Origin: Euprymna scolopes
Taxonomy: Eukaryota
Strand: one strand, 5' to 3'
DNA length: 64,000 bases
NCBI GenBank assembly: GCA_053919585.1
Contig: CM132788.1
The notes under the pieces were generated by a model that searched no databases, had not been told where the DNA came from, and saw nothing but the letters and a program-made list of their open reading frames with translations. The position numbers were made by a program, and so were the translations under genes. Position 1 is the first letter of the stretch. Each line of letters begins with the position of its first letter. Below are positions 12,991 to 27,820 of the stretch, piece by piece.

Positions 12991-13594
12991 TGATATCAAA
13001 TATAAAAAACACCCACCGATTTCTAAACAACCCCTTTATCAAGAAATGAATCTGGTGTACGTTGTTTGTATATGGAGTGTTCTTTGTTGCTGTACACGGA
13101 TGTTCTATTTGATTGAAACTGTATCGTTCTTTCTGATCAGCTCATGTTAGAAAAATCTGGATGACGTAAAATAATGTATTGTTCTAATACGAATTAAACA
13201 GTAATGACGTTTTCATTTAACTGGCACAAGTGAAAGAGATTTCTCATTTAGTGATAGGAGAATAATAGTAGATCTTTTCGGCAGAATGTTATCTTCCTCT
13301 AAACTCTCCAAGTTTAACTTCTTTTGAAGCCAGTCTGCTCGCATATTAAATAAATTATGTTGAAACTGAATTCATTTAAATTATATTTACAGAAACGCGA
13401 ATCAGATATTAGGTAAAAAAGACATTCTAAGCAAAAGATTTATATTTTCCTCTGAAGCGTATCTCCACGAGAAGAGTCTGTAATGGCATAGTGATAACCG
13501 ATTTTTATGCACGATTAAATGATTTCTGTAAAAAATGGACAAAACTCGAAAATTGCATTGGAAGTAATTTTTTATCTTGGAATTTAGCTTTACT

Positions 13595-13662
<68 letters not shown>

Positions 13663-16600
13663 ATGTTTAAGTATCGACATTTTTGGATGTAGGAAATTAT
13701 TATACTTGGGGTGTTTGTGTATCTGAGTATGTATTATTTGATGAGTGCAAAAGAAAACAGAAATTTCACTGGACCATATAAAAGATAATGTAAAATTCAG
13801 TGAAAAAATGTCTGCATGCTTTTGTGCACAGCATGTTGGTGTAAATCGGTCAGTTCTTTTCAAAGAATTTGACAACGCACGGATACAGTTGTATCACATT
13901 TATTTAAATTAAACGAAGGCGTATCTTATAAAATTCAGTTCATTTAATAAGGAAACTATGTTAAATATGATGATACCATCGTCTGACATTTAATTGTCTT
14001 CGTGTGAATATAACATACACTGAACTTACGCAATGGAATTAATATGTCATTCAGAAATATTTAATGCTATTACTAAATAAACAAAAAAACTTAAATCAAA
14101 TTGTACCAGATTTACCATATAATGGAAGGCTCGAGACATACACATAAACTTCAGCTATCCAGTAAAAAAACTTCACTTGAATAACACTTATCGATACACT
14201 AATTGAGGAGACGTGCTGATCGACGCAATATTTAAGATGTTCGATCTTGGCTCTCCTTTACTTTACCACTGAACAGCGATGGACGCAAGCACTATCAACA
14301 CGAAGCAGAAAATATATTAACAACCTTTTACGGTGCAAAATCTCCCGCGAAGAAAGTTTTTTTGGGCGGCTTACGTATACACAATATATAAACTTTTGCA
14401 AACCGTGAAAGTAGCCTGACAGGTATCATTCTGGGTGGTATTTTACAGTATGTTTGTCGAGGGTTCAACTTCGTTAATCTGTCTGACAGAAATATGGCCA
14501 TTTCTGTTGGTTTTAATTGTCGAACCGAAGTAAATACTCTACATAACCTAAGGAAGTGTACTATTCCTAGCCTTACTTTCCAGATTTCGGATGGAGCAAG
14601 TTTATCTCTTGTAATCTGATACGCCTGTAACGGGAAATGCCGATGAGTCTACTCGACTTTATTTTTGCAGGGCCAATGTATTCGTCCGGGCCTCTGGCTA
14701 CTTGTATAGCACTATCCGACGTTGTGATATATCGGCTTGTGGCGAAATAGGGTCAATACTTTAAATCATAATATGCCTTACTGGCATAATTTACTTCTCT
14801 CGTTCTCTATGTATTCTATATTTAAATTGGGCCACAGGATTTGCATAAATTGTTCGAATTTGTATACGATATATAACACCTTTACGGAAAAGTTAATGTA
14901 GAATCAAATAATTTTCCTGAAAACTCCTAGTTACAAGACAGTATTTTATTTTGTGGCATTTCAACAGAACCCATCGATCCAGAATCACATTGCACAGTGA
15001 AAGCAGACATTGCAATTTGGCAACAGACTAATCTTAAGATTAGAACGTCATTGACGCGTGAAGCTTAGAGATGCCAACAACAACAACAACGTTACTTCCA
15101 AGAAAATATATCTATGCATGAATTGATTCATACTGTACTCAATGCTCTCTAGATTTTATAAAATGATTCTAATAGTTGTCAGAATAAGAATAAATAGTAA
15201 TTCTGGTGTTTACAGTTTATAAGAAACTTCTATATGAAAATGTTACATGCGTAGTATATTTGAAAACCTACTATGAAGCGTGTATTTTTATATTTTTAAC
15301 ACTTTAAATAGCTGATATTGTTACATCAACTAATAGAAAGATTTATTCTGAGAGCGACATTCTTTTAATTTTTACTTATAGAAATTTTTGTAAAAAAATT
15401 TAAAAAAAATTCGCGTACAATAGCAGTTTTATTTTTATAATTTAATAGTTTATTTCAGAAATGTATAATTTGTTAATCATAATACCGATATTGTGTCGTT
15501 AGGTCTACTTTTATAATAGGGACTACATACGTATAGATTTTTTACAGCGATATGCTTGTAACCTTTACATTTAAATTACTGTATTGGTAATACAATCGGG
15601 TAAATAAAGATAGTAGTGACTTATGGTAGATACAGAAAAAAGAGATGCAAGGATATTTGGTTTATATTACATTTCAAAGCAAATCCAGAATCTATGGATG
15701 TCTAGACAAGAAAACACTACACTAATAAGGCAAGCTCCAACATAAGCAGAACCTTTGCAGATCAAATACTCTATGTCGCCTCTGCAGTGCAACTTCTCTT
15801 CTACCAGATTTGATATGGAATATAATTACTGTAGTAAAAGGCGGTGAACCATTTATGCTTTACGCTCTTAAAAATAAATGTCATTAGAAGAAATAGGTCC
15901 AATGCATCTTAGATATTGCTAAAAGCAACGAAAATATAAGTTAAATCTAGAATAATAGCCAATAGCTTGAACGATAAAAAATTGAATAGATTTCTGAATA
16001 AAAAACGGCTGGTATACATAAGTTAGTGAATTTCTCGTTTGGTAACTAACAGCACTTCGTAGTCATTATAATCCTTGCCCCATCAAAATATCTAGATGCG
16101 AATAGTTCACATGAGCATGGTTTTTAAAATGTGATACAAGCCTCACAGCTTAAGCCGATGAAACACAACGTATTTCTAGTAGAGACACATTTACTAGCAC
16201 AGTACAGCCTACAAACTATCGACTGACCTGATTGCAGACAGCATCTATTCACATTTAAACTCCATAGCATATATAGAATTAGAAAACAAGGGTGACGTTT
16301 TGATTTATAAGACCTCTGTTAAAGACGAAGGAAAGACGCAGGGGGCGTGAGTATGGCTTTAATGTATTGCCAAAAGGATTATAAATATAATCTAGCTCAC
16401 GTGTAGCTGCTGGGATCATTTTTGTGTATTTAAGATTCGCCCATTAGCGAGAATATGAAAGTGCAGTGGTAAAATCGGCAAATGAGAATATGTAGACACC
16501 ATGGTAGTGCATATGAAAATGTGGTAAACACAATGGCATAAAGCCACACTAATGGATCTTTAACAATCCCTGACCTCAAGATCCAAAATACAATAATACA

Positions 16601-18436
16601 TGGAGGTTCCTGTTGCATTTACCCTTTTATATTCCAGTGGATACTCAAAGCAACATACTAATTAAATGCTGTAGTGGCTTAAAAATGATAAGAAGCTTTT
16701 ATAAAAAGTAAAATTACCATTTTTATCTCACTTAATGTATTCTTGGATTCTGTTATATTTAGGTTGTATTTGCAAACACTGTTCTTTTATTACATCTTTT
16801 GAATTGAGGAAACAATAATTTGGAACTGACGCTTGTCACGTTTTAAGAGCGATAACTGCTTTCCATTTGAGTTCAACATAGCGAACAACCGCTACCCCGT
16901 ATTAATACTGCCGATGTTAACTCTTTTCCAAATAAAATAGAAACATGCAAGAACTCCGTAACATAAGCGAATAAGATATTTAGATTCCTTGAAAGCTTCA
17001 TGACAGTTTAGAATGATAATATGGGAAACTGCATTAGTCAGTTAAAAGGTCTGTTTGGTGAAGGGTTGATCAGACTGGCGGAAAAACATGAATGAAAGCA
17101 TTCCTGTGGTTTGTTAGAATTCTGACATGTTTCCGAAAAATAACTCAGCACTTTAAACGCTGCGAGAATATTGAGTGCATCGCTGCTAGTCATATTATAT
17201 AAAAAGAACATCTGTAAGGGGTTATTTGAAGTCTGGAATTCATTTGTGTCACTCAACCGGGTTTGCTTCGAAGCGCGTATAAGCATGTATTTATGCATAT
17301 CAGAACTTCGTAGTTATATGAATTGCTTATATAAACAATAAAACTTATTCTCGTTCATATACGGAGAACAAATACAATAATATTCAATAATATTAAATAT
17401 AAATGTTAAATATAACGTATGTTCTCCCATACATGAATAAATTGTGTTAGAGTTAGCTAACATCGAACTTTAAATTATGTTGTAGAACAACTACTGTAAA
17501 ATACGAAAAAAGAACGTGTGTATATTTCAACTAAGGGACATTTATCAGAAAGAACAATTAGATATAGTTATACAGGATCCTTCTAAAATGCATTTTTCTA
17601 CGGATACGCATGTAGAAATGCTAGCTATTAACCAAGATAATATTCAATATGATGTGGTACATAGAGCTTTTATTTGAACTTTGTTCAATAATTCTGTCGG
17701 GAGAGAAATAACAAACAGGAAAGGCATTGTGGACATTAAAATGAACTCTAGTGTTTTGAAACTCGTTATTACTCCGGTAATTATGAGAGTAATCGGATTC
17801 ACGCGAAGAAGTGTTATATTTAATTGAATCTTGTTAATAAAGTGTAAAACATATAACAAAAAATTATAGTTAAAAAAACGCATTAAATATTAAATAATTC
17901 TTTCGTTAGAGTACATGAACGGGCGGTAAAAATCCCTGACATCGATTAAATGACCCAACCCTACATAAAAACACAAGATATCCTGAGAGGTGGAAATACT
18001 TGCTTTATATTAGGATAAATGAATTGCTTATGAATGGTAAATGTATGAAAAGCAGCGATAATTACTATGTTTACTAATGATGTAACACTTCAAATCAAAA
18101 CAGTACTGGTTTACTTTAAATTAAAGTTATCGAGTAATAATAACATATCTTATCGAATGCATGATATATGAGTGTGTCATCTATATTTAATAAACGTGGG
18201 ATGAACATCCACAATCAGCAACGTATTTTGTCTTAACAACATCAGTTCAGTGAATCATCTTTAGTTTGCCATCTTATCAGTGACAAATGTAAATTGTTTT
18301 AAACAAACAGCATAGAAGGAAACATAGACATCTACCAATATGCAATAAACCAACAAACACGCGCTTAAATATCCAGAGGAACACATGTACAAACGTATTT
18401 TGAAACACCCCCAATACACCCCCGCCACACACACGC

Positions 18437-18529
<93 letters not shown>

Positions 18530-18639
18530 GTAATTGTCTCTGTGTGTATCTGAATGAAGAAAGTGTAAATAAGTTAATAAACAAATAGGGAAATAAATAA
18601 ATTAACAAATTCGCACCTAATCAACCCTCTTCTCCAAGA

Positions 18640-18872
18640 ATGGCGATAGAAGGCATCCCTGTCGTACGCCAGTCATTATGTTGAAACGTCGTGTCAACTG
18701 TCCTCCGTGTACAACCTGAAAAGCCATTTCCTCGTATGACTCCCTGATAATTCTCGCCATCTTTTCTGGGATCCCATAGTGTCGGAGGAATTGCCACAAT
18801 ATGTTGCGGTGTATGCTGTCAAAAGTCTTGACGAAGTCCACAAAGTTTATGTACAACGAGGAATTCCACTTA
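18640..18872 (-). mobile_element. RTE-clade LINE reverse transcriptase fragment
   Basis: KWNSSLYINFVDFVKTFDSIHRNILWQFLRHYGIPEK...TGVRQGCLLSPFL (non-LTR RT motifs 3-4). Confidence 0.9.
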
Positions 18873-21690
18873 TTTCTATAGATATATGCAGGTGTAAGCG
18901 AAACATTTCATCCTCAGTCTGATAATGAAATGAATATGCATAGGACACGCTTCTTTATATAGACTGATACACTTCACTCCGTCAGTTTGTATCATATAAG
19001 CGGTCATCTATTATTTATGATCCACATATCTTCATCCGTCTTCTTATAAATATCGAGAATAATATTTAATAATTGATTTTATAATTTGCAAATCATGATA
19101 TTGCTTTCTAGTTTTTCTAAAATTACAACAATTTTACGCAATTTGTACGTGCTATATTTATAGACACATGTCCCAAAGAGAGATATATACGACTCCGATA
19201 TAAACCCACTTAAAAAAATGTTTGTATTAACAATGAATAAATCTTTGGCATTCTACTAAAATTATGACAAAATATAGAAGTTAGTATTTATGAAGTTATA
19301 TCGAATTAACAACCTTAAAATACTTAATACGTTTTTTTTTTAATTAAAAAGGATTATGACGCACTGTTTGCGAGAAGTATATAGATAACACAATGTAAAT
19401 ATTTTCAGAGTCTGACGATAAAGAGTAAAATATGTTTATAATTGCTAATAATGTGATTGTAAATGATGTTTAAAGCATCAATTATTTGTATTAACAGAAC
19501 AGTTTAACGTCTTTAGACTTAATATGGAAATTCGGTAAAATAGCTTTTGTGTTATTTTATCATAGTATTTTATCCCTTAGAATTTGCTATCTGTTTGCCG
19601 TTCGACGCCTGCTCTTACTATATTTACTTTTTTATGTTGATATATTTATTAAAACAGATACCAGTGAGCTTAATAAAAATCGAACAGTTAGGCCAGAAAT
19701 AATTATTATAATACATGCTATCTGAAAGCCTCTCCATTTAGCTAATTGCAAGTTTCTTCGGATGTATTGAGGCAAGCGAGCTGCAAGTCCGTAGGAGTTC
19801 CTTTCGTTTCTGTACGTTTATAACAAGCAATCACGTAAAAAAACTAGTTCCCATTGAACCACTTAGGTTTAGCAGCAGTGAACCACGTCAGTTCTAAATA
19901 GAAAATTATTTGGAATTTCCAGGTGTGTATGTTCTCTACGTTTATCTCGTTCTGGACTGCTTCCTCTTTGAATTGGACTCAAGCGGTGCTTATTCAGGAG
20001 AAATGCCGTTTGGGATTGTGCAACGATTGCCTCATAATGACAGGTGGAGTTACCCTTNNNNNNNNNNNNNNNNNNNNNNNNNNNNNNNNNNNNNNNNNNN
20101 NNNNNNNNNNNNNNNNNNNNNNNNNNNNNNNNNNNNNNNNNNNNNNNNNNNNNNNNNNNNNNNNNNNNNNNNNNNNNNNNNNNNNNNNNNNNNNNNNNNN
20201 NNNNNNNNNNNNNNNNNNNNNNNNNNNNNNNNNNGAACATGAACAAAACGAACAAATTGGATTTTGTGAGTATCGTAAAATATATTGTAATTCGTTTAAA
20301 TACCAATAACATTCTCGTCTGAAAATTCTGTTTACAATTTCAAACAAGTTTTCAATAACACAGACACTTTTCATTCAAGTCGGAAGTAATTTCACAAGTA
20401 CGATAACATCACACAACCGTCATATTCATTTTGATTTTCATAATAGATTATTTCATTAAGCTTGAGGCTGTTTTGCAATGTCCGCTAGTAATAAAATCCG
20501 TTTAATATTATACATTTTCGTGTAAAGTAAAACTATGTTAATTTTACGTCTTGAACTCTGACTATTTTTATACATTCATCCACTATCTAATTTCAATGAG
20601 AAAACGCCACGATGTTTAATTATCTTTAAATGGCTTCCTTCATCTTTAAGACGTATAGATATGATTATTTATTTTATTTAAAGTCAGTTAGACTTAACCC
20701 ACATTTTCTGATTTGTGTAAAAAAATATATGATTATAATTCGGTCACTTATGCCCAATTATGCAACATGTTTACACTTTATTATTTAAAACGGAAGTTGC
20801 AGCACTGAACAGTTATTTAACTATTACAAATTACCGGTGACATTGATTGTCATGCTTGACTTAAAATAATTACTCATATTTTATAACAACATTTTCCTAT
20901 TAAGTTATTTAGTGAAATAATTAAACTTTAATTTGCGTATGTCGATTTCTCCAGATAACTTTGCTATTCTTTGTAGAAAACTTTTCCAACGTATACAATT
21001 GCATTTTTATAGAATTACTTCTGTCCACATGCTACGTTCAAACAGTTTGTAACATAGTTTTTGGAAACAGGGCAGGTTATTTAAAGCCGCAGTCACTCTT
21101 GCTATTACTGGGTGACTTTTGTTCTGAGTATAAGTATTATAAGTGTGTTCCTCTTTATTCTAACTTTATTTTACAGTCTTCGATTAATATATTATTATTA
21201 ATTTATGATGGCTTTTCTTTTAAAGTCAGTATATGTTTCCTTAATAAAAAGAACAGCATTTCGAATGTTATATTTATATTTTTTTATTCCCAACAATCGG
21301 AGTGCTACCCCAGAAGACAAAAAGAACGTTCAATTATAAAGTTCCAGTGTTGTGGAGAGTTCATCAGAATTGAATTTCGAATTTCTACTCATTTAAATGA
21401 GAACTACTTATTATTAGGGCTGTGACGACAGCATATTGTTTCATTGTTTTAACTCTTGAGTATATATCTGTTAATATACTATATGTTTTTATATAGAGGG
21501 ATGTGGTTCTCTTTTGATTAAGTGTGTATTACTGTGTTGGATGTATACTCCGGAGTAAACAGAATAAAAAGAATAGTCTATAGTTACTTATAAGTCTTAC
21601 TTTTCATCAATCTTATGATAGGACATATTTCCGGTATGAATAAAAACTTTTAGCGTATCTTCAAGTATCAATGGAATTTACTCAATTAAC

Positions 21691-21810
21691 ATGTTTTCAT
21701 TCGATTCGGACAATTATAAGCAGACAAGTATATGTTTCATTCGATTCGGACAATTATAAGCAGAAAATTATATATTTTCATTCGATTCGGACAATTATAA
21801 GCAGAAAATA
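21691..21810. repeat. Tandem repeat, ~41 bp x3
   Basis: TTTCATTCGATTCGGACAATTATAAGCAGA repeated three times. Confidence 0.95.
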
Positions 21811-22322
21811 ATTCAAAAGTTCAAAGTTTAAAAACTAAATCCATTTATTTTTTAAATCCATTAGAGACGCTGTAACAATGTTGGATAGGACATAATCGAT
21901 TTTAATACTATTTCCATTCAGTCTTTGTAGATGTTCTACATAATTTAGCGTACGCATGTATACCAATACAAGTATTAATAACCAATATACTTCTCGTAAT
22001 ATATCTAATAAAATGATTTAATATGTGTAGTTTCTTTCAAAATGTTTGTATTTTGTCTGTAGATTTAATATTTGTAATTTCTTTTTGTAGATTTAATATT
22101 TCTAGTTTCTTTCAAAATATTTGTAGTTTCTTTCTGCAAAATGGTATGTTTTACAAACCTCTATTCTCTGATGAGAAAAAATTCAATTTTAAAACTTCGC
22201 AGGATAATGTCTTTAAATATATTTGTACTGTTTGTCGGATAATTTAAATTTTGTTAACCTTTCTTGAAGGCTTGTTTATGTTTTTTTACAATTTAAGTAC
22301 ATTTCCAATAATACGTGTTATA

Positions 22323-22400
<78 letters not shown>

Positions 22401-24379
22401 GTGTCGTAGTCACAAATATTCTTTATAACGTAAGCCTAGTGTACACTGCGCCGAAAAAGCCCGGATGTACCCATATTCAATATATCCATTTATCTTGAGC
22501 TAATTTTAGTTTTAACATATTGTCGTTTCCGTGTGTATACATAATTAACATTTTTATTTCGTCATTTCTTACCCAATCCTTACAGAGACAGCATTTGGCA
22601 CACTTGTATTTCTGTCGTTGAGGCAGGGTAAACTTTCACTGGAAAATGCTGATTATGTCATATAAGACTTGTGTTGGTATATGATCACTATTTTTATGAC
22701 CTTTGCTCTGTGTCTGATTTTAAATTAATTCCAATTTATTTGGGGGCGAGAATATGTTGTATTTTAAATTATATATTTCTTCTCTCGTTCTTGTGGTTAC
22801 TGTGTTCAAGATGTTTTTTTCCCACCACCAAGGCTTTGGAAAAATTATTTACTGGCCTATACACTTAAATACTCTGTTTTTGTTTCCTGATGGGTTTCTC
22901 GCCAGAAGATTCAATATTAAACACAGGGCGTATTTTTCTTGCGATAAACATGACGTTGTATTCTTATTTGCATCGCGCTATTAAATGCCAACATATTCTG
23001 AGTGCTTCTTTTATTCGTGTCCATGCCCCGGTTATTCTTCTGGACTCGTTTGAATATGTCTTCAATTGATTTTGAGAGATTTTCCGATCTTAAATTAACA
23101 ATTAGTTGAACAATTTGCAGTATTCTTCAAAATGCTTCATATGAAACCGCTTTCATTAGCACTGAGGTTTATTAAGGGTTTTGGGATGCTTAAATGACTA
23201 CGAATGCTGTTAAGGGCATTTATCGTACGTATTGCCGTCGGACGTTAGTACTTAACAGTTTTTTGCACTTTCAAGATGACGAAGTAATACAATCAGTTGA
23301 TGTCGATGTGCATTTGTGTGTATGAGGCATCGTCTGTGATCATGGTTGATCTTTTACCAATGGGTTCTTACTGCTAGTGAGTATTCTCTTATTGATTGAC
23401 CGCATTTTCTATGGCTTTATCAATACTTGGCAATTAACTTCTCATTAATGATTACATTCGTAAAAGCCATTAATAGCTCGTGTAAAAAATATTTTGAATT
23501 GTCTTTTTTGCATAGTAGTCAACATTGTTACCCTATCTACGTATAGTACTACACGATCACATATTAAATATTGTGACACACAGTTTTCAGGTTGTATCAG
23601 ATCTGCTTTGGAATTTTTCAAATAAAGTTATATTTCTTAGCTGTTTTTTTTTCACATATGCTAATGTAACGGTTAGTTCTCCAAGTATTGCATGAACGAC
23701 TTGATAATTCGCTTTCATTTAGCACTGCCTTTCTCGAGTGGTTCCATGTATTTTAGTAGAACTCCTAATATTCAATCGGCGTAGCGTATTATTAGAATCA
23801 CACGCCAACTTTGTAGTCGATTTGCGATGCAAGTTATATCTTTTTTCAATCAAAATACTTTCATACGAGGCTCTTGATCAATTTGCATTATAAGTACTAT
23901 AAAATATTTTCACACCATAAACCATTGCTAGACTATAACTATCAATTAGTGTGTAATTTTGGTACGTGCTCGAGCCATATGTATTATTAGTGATGTGGAT
24001 ACATTTTCTACTAAGGGAACCCGTACAGTTGTGACCAAACCAGATGTGATAGTCGATAATTACCCAAGAAAATGCTTAGTAAGAACTTTTTTTTTCTTCT
24101 TATGGCATTCCCGATGTATTGCAATGTTTCCTTGCTAGCTGGAAAAGAGAGAAAGTAAAAAGGGCTTGATATGTAATACGTGTCTTTTGTAACGGAAAAA
24201 TAAAATTCTGGAAAATTAAACACTATTGCTGTGAAAACGTAGTAATTTTTTAGTTTGGTTATGTCCTTTTTAAAGGTCACACCCTTATCTGCCTGGTTTG
24301 TGAGAAAATGTAAATTTTGGCGAATAGGCGGGTGATGTGGCTAATTATCCAATCATGACGAACATGATTCTGACGTTGT

Positions 24380-24880
24380 GAACAAGGATTGATGGATAGA
24401 GCATAAAGCAGCCAAACCTCACCCCACCTGTCAATTTATAAGTCATTTCAGAGCAAGAAAAACGGTTGTGGGTCATTTTTTGTTGGTCACCGTGGTTGAG
24501 AGCCCGCGTGAAAACAGCGTTTACTGAATGACCGATAAGCAAGGAGAAACGGTTGTTAAAAAGAGGAAATAGACCCCGTTAGAATAACTATAGACGGACT
24601 GTTAGAAAAAGAAAATATCATCGATATTTTTTAATTTTATTTTTCTTGTTGATAAACTGTACATATTTATTTTTCTTCTTGTAATAATCAATTCTAATAA
24701 TGAAAGCTAACCCCAACGTCCGCGTCGATTATCTATCGTTTGTTTACTTGTTAATTTACTCCAGTGACAGGAAACGATATTGAAGTGATCTTTTATTTTG
24801 CGAACAGCAAACGAAAGGGGGGGATCATCAATCTACCGCATCCAACACAGGGCCGCAACGTCATATAAAGCCTGTCATCG
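24380..24880. promoter_or_regulatory. Candidate enhancer with paired Exd/Pbx-Hox and Hth/Meis motifs
   Basis: TGATGGAT 24390 + CTGTCA 24428; TGTTTAC 24741; TGACAG 24765; ATCAATCT 24827 + CTGTCA 24872. The sequence is GC-richer and has no recognisable TE motifs. Confidence 0.3.
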
Positions 24881-25959
24881 AAAAGGGTGTTGAGACTGCG
24901 CTATCAGATTTTTTTTTGAGGGGGTGGTCGATCCGAACCACCTTGAACTACTTTTGTAACCGGGTGTTTCTGGATACTTAAGTGTTATATTAGTAATTAT
25001 AAAGTATACAACCCATCATTTGATGTGATACTACAATAATTTATCACTTCGGTTCACAATGTACAAACGATATGTCTTTTTACAAACCGCCTTAAATTTT
25101 TTTTTGAACACTTGTATTTATATCCAATTTTTCTCCTTTTTTATCAATTTATTTACTGATATTCTCAAACTATATATTTTGGAATATATACACTGTAGTA
25201 TTTAACTAATGATAAGATATCCTAGATTAACAACGTTTTAAGCTGTGGGCACTTTTCTAATAACTGTTTCTGCTTTTCTTATTTCAATGATATGCACAAA
25301 ATACTTCATTTTTGAAAGAACTCTATTTCAGGAATCAGCTAGAATCGATTTTCTTCAATTCTCAGACATATTACTCTAGTAAAAACTTCGTGATGCGTTT
25401 CAATTTTCATTTTAATAAAAAAATATCTAGAAATACCATTGTATATTTTATAGCAGCAAACAATGTATCTATCATAAAGTGAAATAGGCTTGAAACTGCA
25501 TTCTATCTAACACGGAAACAGAAAGGTAATGCATACTTCACACAAATCATAGTAATGAAACACTCTACCACTGCTTACTTTAGGTAATATATTAGTGAGG
25601 AATATTACGTGATATCGAAGTTCTGTCAAAAGATCACTAAAATATGTCGATATNNNNNNNNNNNNNNNNNNNNNNNNNNNNNNNNNNNNNNNNNNNNNNN
25701 NNNNNNNNNNNNNNNNNNNNNNNNNNNNNNNNNNNNNNNNNNNNNNNNNNNNNNNNNNNNNNNNNNNNNNNNNNNNNNNNNNNNNNNNNNNNNNNNNNNN
25801 NNNNNNNNNNNNNNNNNNNNNNNNNNNNNNNNNNNNNNNNNNNNNNNNNNNNNNNNNNNNNNNNNNNNNNNNNNNNNNNNNNNNNNNCTCCTAAAATTAA
25901 GCAATTTTTTCAACAGTCCTCATTCCGAGTATCGAACACGGGAGTTAGCTTTTGGGTTT

Positions 25960-26555
25960 TAAATGGGTAAAGCATTTTCTTTAAATGTGAAGCCAAATTC
26001 TGCATTGGGGCATATACTGAGTCCTCCAGAAAAGGAAAACGCGTATGAATTCACTTTTCTAAGCCGTAATAAATAGTTCTCTTTGATTTTTTTTTTGATT
26101 TTCTTAAATAATTAATGTGCTACTGAAAGAATTCATTCGGTAATTCCCTATACGATAAACAGTATCATCAAGTCAGTAGCAAGACTATTTTATCAGCGAA
26201 TAATTTTCATGTATTTTTGTGACAAAATCATTCGTTTTCCCTATGTTGTTTGCTAACTGGATTTCTGGGAATAGTGTTGATGTTCCGTGCCTTCTCATTC
26301 GATACATTACAATGGGTCTGTCGTGATCAAACTGGGATGCCATCATTGCGAAATTTTTAATATCACGATGTGAAAGGCTTCTGTTTGTGCCCTTATCCTT
26401 TCTGGAGTTTGTGTTGCTGTTGTTCAGGAATAAGGCCACAGTTCTTGGATTCGTTTCCAGCTCCATAGAAAATTTTTTTTTGCTGAACAATCCTTTACGA
26501 GTCCAGCAACAATAGTTTCCTGTTCGATAACCGTAAATCTCCCCCTTTCTGGCAT
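25960..26555 (-). mobile_element. Decayed Tc1-family transposase related to the 48656 element (TRT-like)
   Basis: MPERGRFTVIEQETIVAGL / MELETNPRTVALFLNNSNTNSRKDKGTNRSLSHRD aligns by eye with RRSDKG..LSRRT in the 48863 ORF. KYMK..FAD..AT.LD corresponds to FTDE.RATLD. Confidence 0.6.
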
Positions 26556-26779
26556 TTAAAACGACCCGTAATAAAGCGATGTACACTATAAATTCCTTTA
26601 TAATGAATAACATGTCATAACTTTGTAAATATGGCCGTGATTTGAGGATAATTTTGGGAAAAACTTACGTTAGAACACTCTTTTAATGATAAAATATTCA
26701 TTATTTTGTGATGTAAATTAAGTAAAATATTGATATTTTACTAATCTGCAATAATGCAATTGACGCAGTGTATATGGTA

Positions 26780-27002
26780 ATATATTATATATTAATTATA
26801 TTATAATATATATATATATATATTATATTATATATATCATGATTATACTATGTATAAATTATATATATATTATATATTGTATATAATAGATATTATACAT
26901 ATATGACATACATATAATATATATTATTATATATCATATTTATATATATTATATATATATTATATATATACATTTAATATATGGTATTTATATGTACCTT
27001 TA

Positions 27003-27049
<47 letters not shown>

Positions 27050-27284
27050 TATTTATATATATTATATATATTATACATACTATATATGTTATTGTACATA
27101 TATTAAAATTATGTATTATATAGAGTATGTATTANNNNNNNNNNNNNNNNNNNNNNNNNNNNNNNNNNNNNNNNNNNNNNNNNNNNNNNNNNNNNNNNNN
27201 NNNNNNNNNNNNNNNNNNNNNNNNNNNNNNNNNNNNNNNNNNNNNNNNNNNNNNNNNNNNNNNNNATGTACATATATACTATAT

Positions 27285-27323
<39 letters not shown>

Positions 27324-27459
27324 TCATAATATAGCTAATTATAGTGATTCAATGTGATTTAAAAAACCTTTATTCAAATCAAATATATTTTTCTGATGCA
27401 ATTCCTATTTAGATGGGATAATACATAGATTATTACGACCAGTAATACTTTTAAATTCT

Positions 27460-27516
<57 letters not shown>

Positions 27517-27535
27517 ATGTGTGTGTGTGTGTGTG
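26780..27535. repeat. Degenerate AT-rich microsatellite field ending in (TA)n(TG)n
   Basis: Read directly from the sequence; spans a gap. Confidence 0.9.
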
Positions 27536-27820
27536 TTCCGAAATTGTTTTTGCGTCCTTCTTCTTTATTACTTATTTATTTGTTCGTTTACTTTACTTAT
27601 TTCCTCGTTTTTTTTAATGTTTCTTTTCCTTCTATTGTTACTTTACTGAGGTGCCTTTAAGTGTCTGAGATTTCTTATCAACATGTACTTACTGATATGT
27701 GTGTGTATGCGCTTATGTCTTGCCTTGAAAGGTCTGGACGTGTACGTGCAAATACATAATCGTACATACCTGCGTGACTTGTCCAGCAGATGATATCTTC
27801 TTGTGGCTAGGCTGCCATCT

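Noticed and set aside
14150-14830. Possible ancient Tc1/mariner-type or Helitron helicase remnant
   Set aside because: Only scattered 3-4 residue resemblances (IGISR, IFLSD, TQND); not supportable.
20961-21425. 154-aa ORF
   Set aside because: Non-ATG start, composition typical of random AT-rich DNA (F/I/L/N/K), no motif.
21691-21810. Repeat-spacer-like array (CRISPR?)
   Set aside because: The units are contiguous with near-identical ~11-nt linkers, there are no cas genes, and the context is eukaryotic: a plain minisatellite.
22442-23520. Possible very old Tc1 element (TACACTG start, YSNESR)
   Set aside because: No matching second TIR or ordered motif series could be established.
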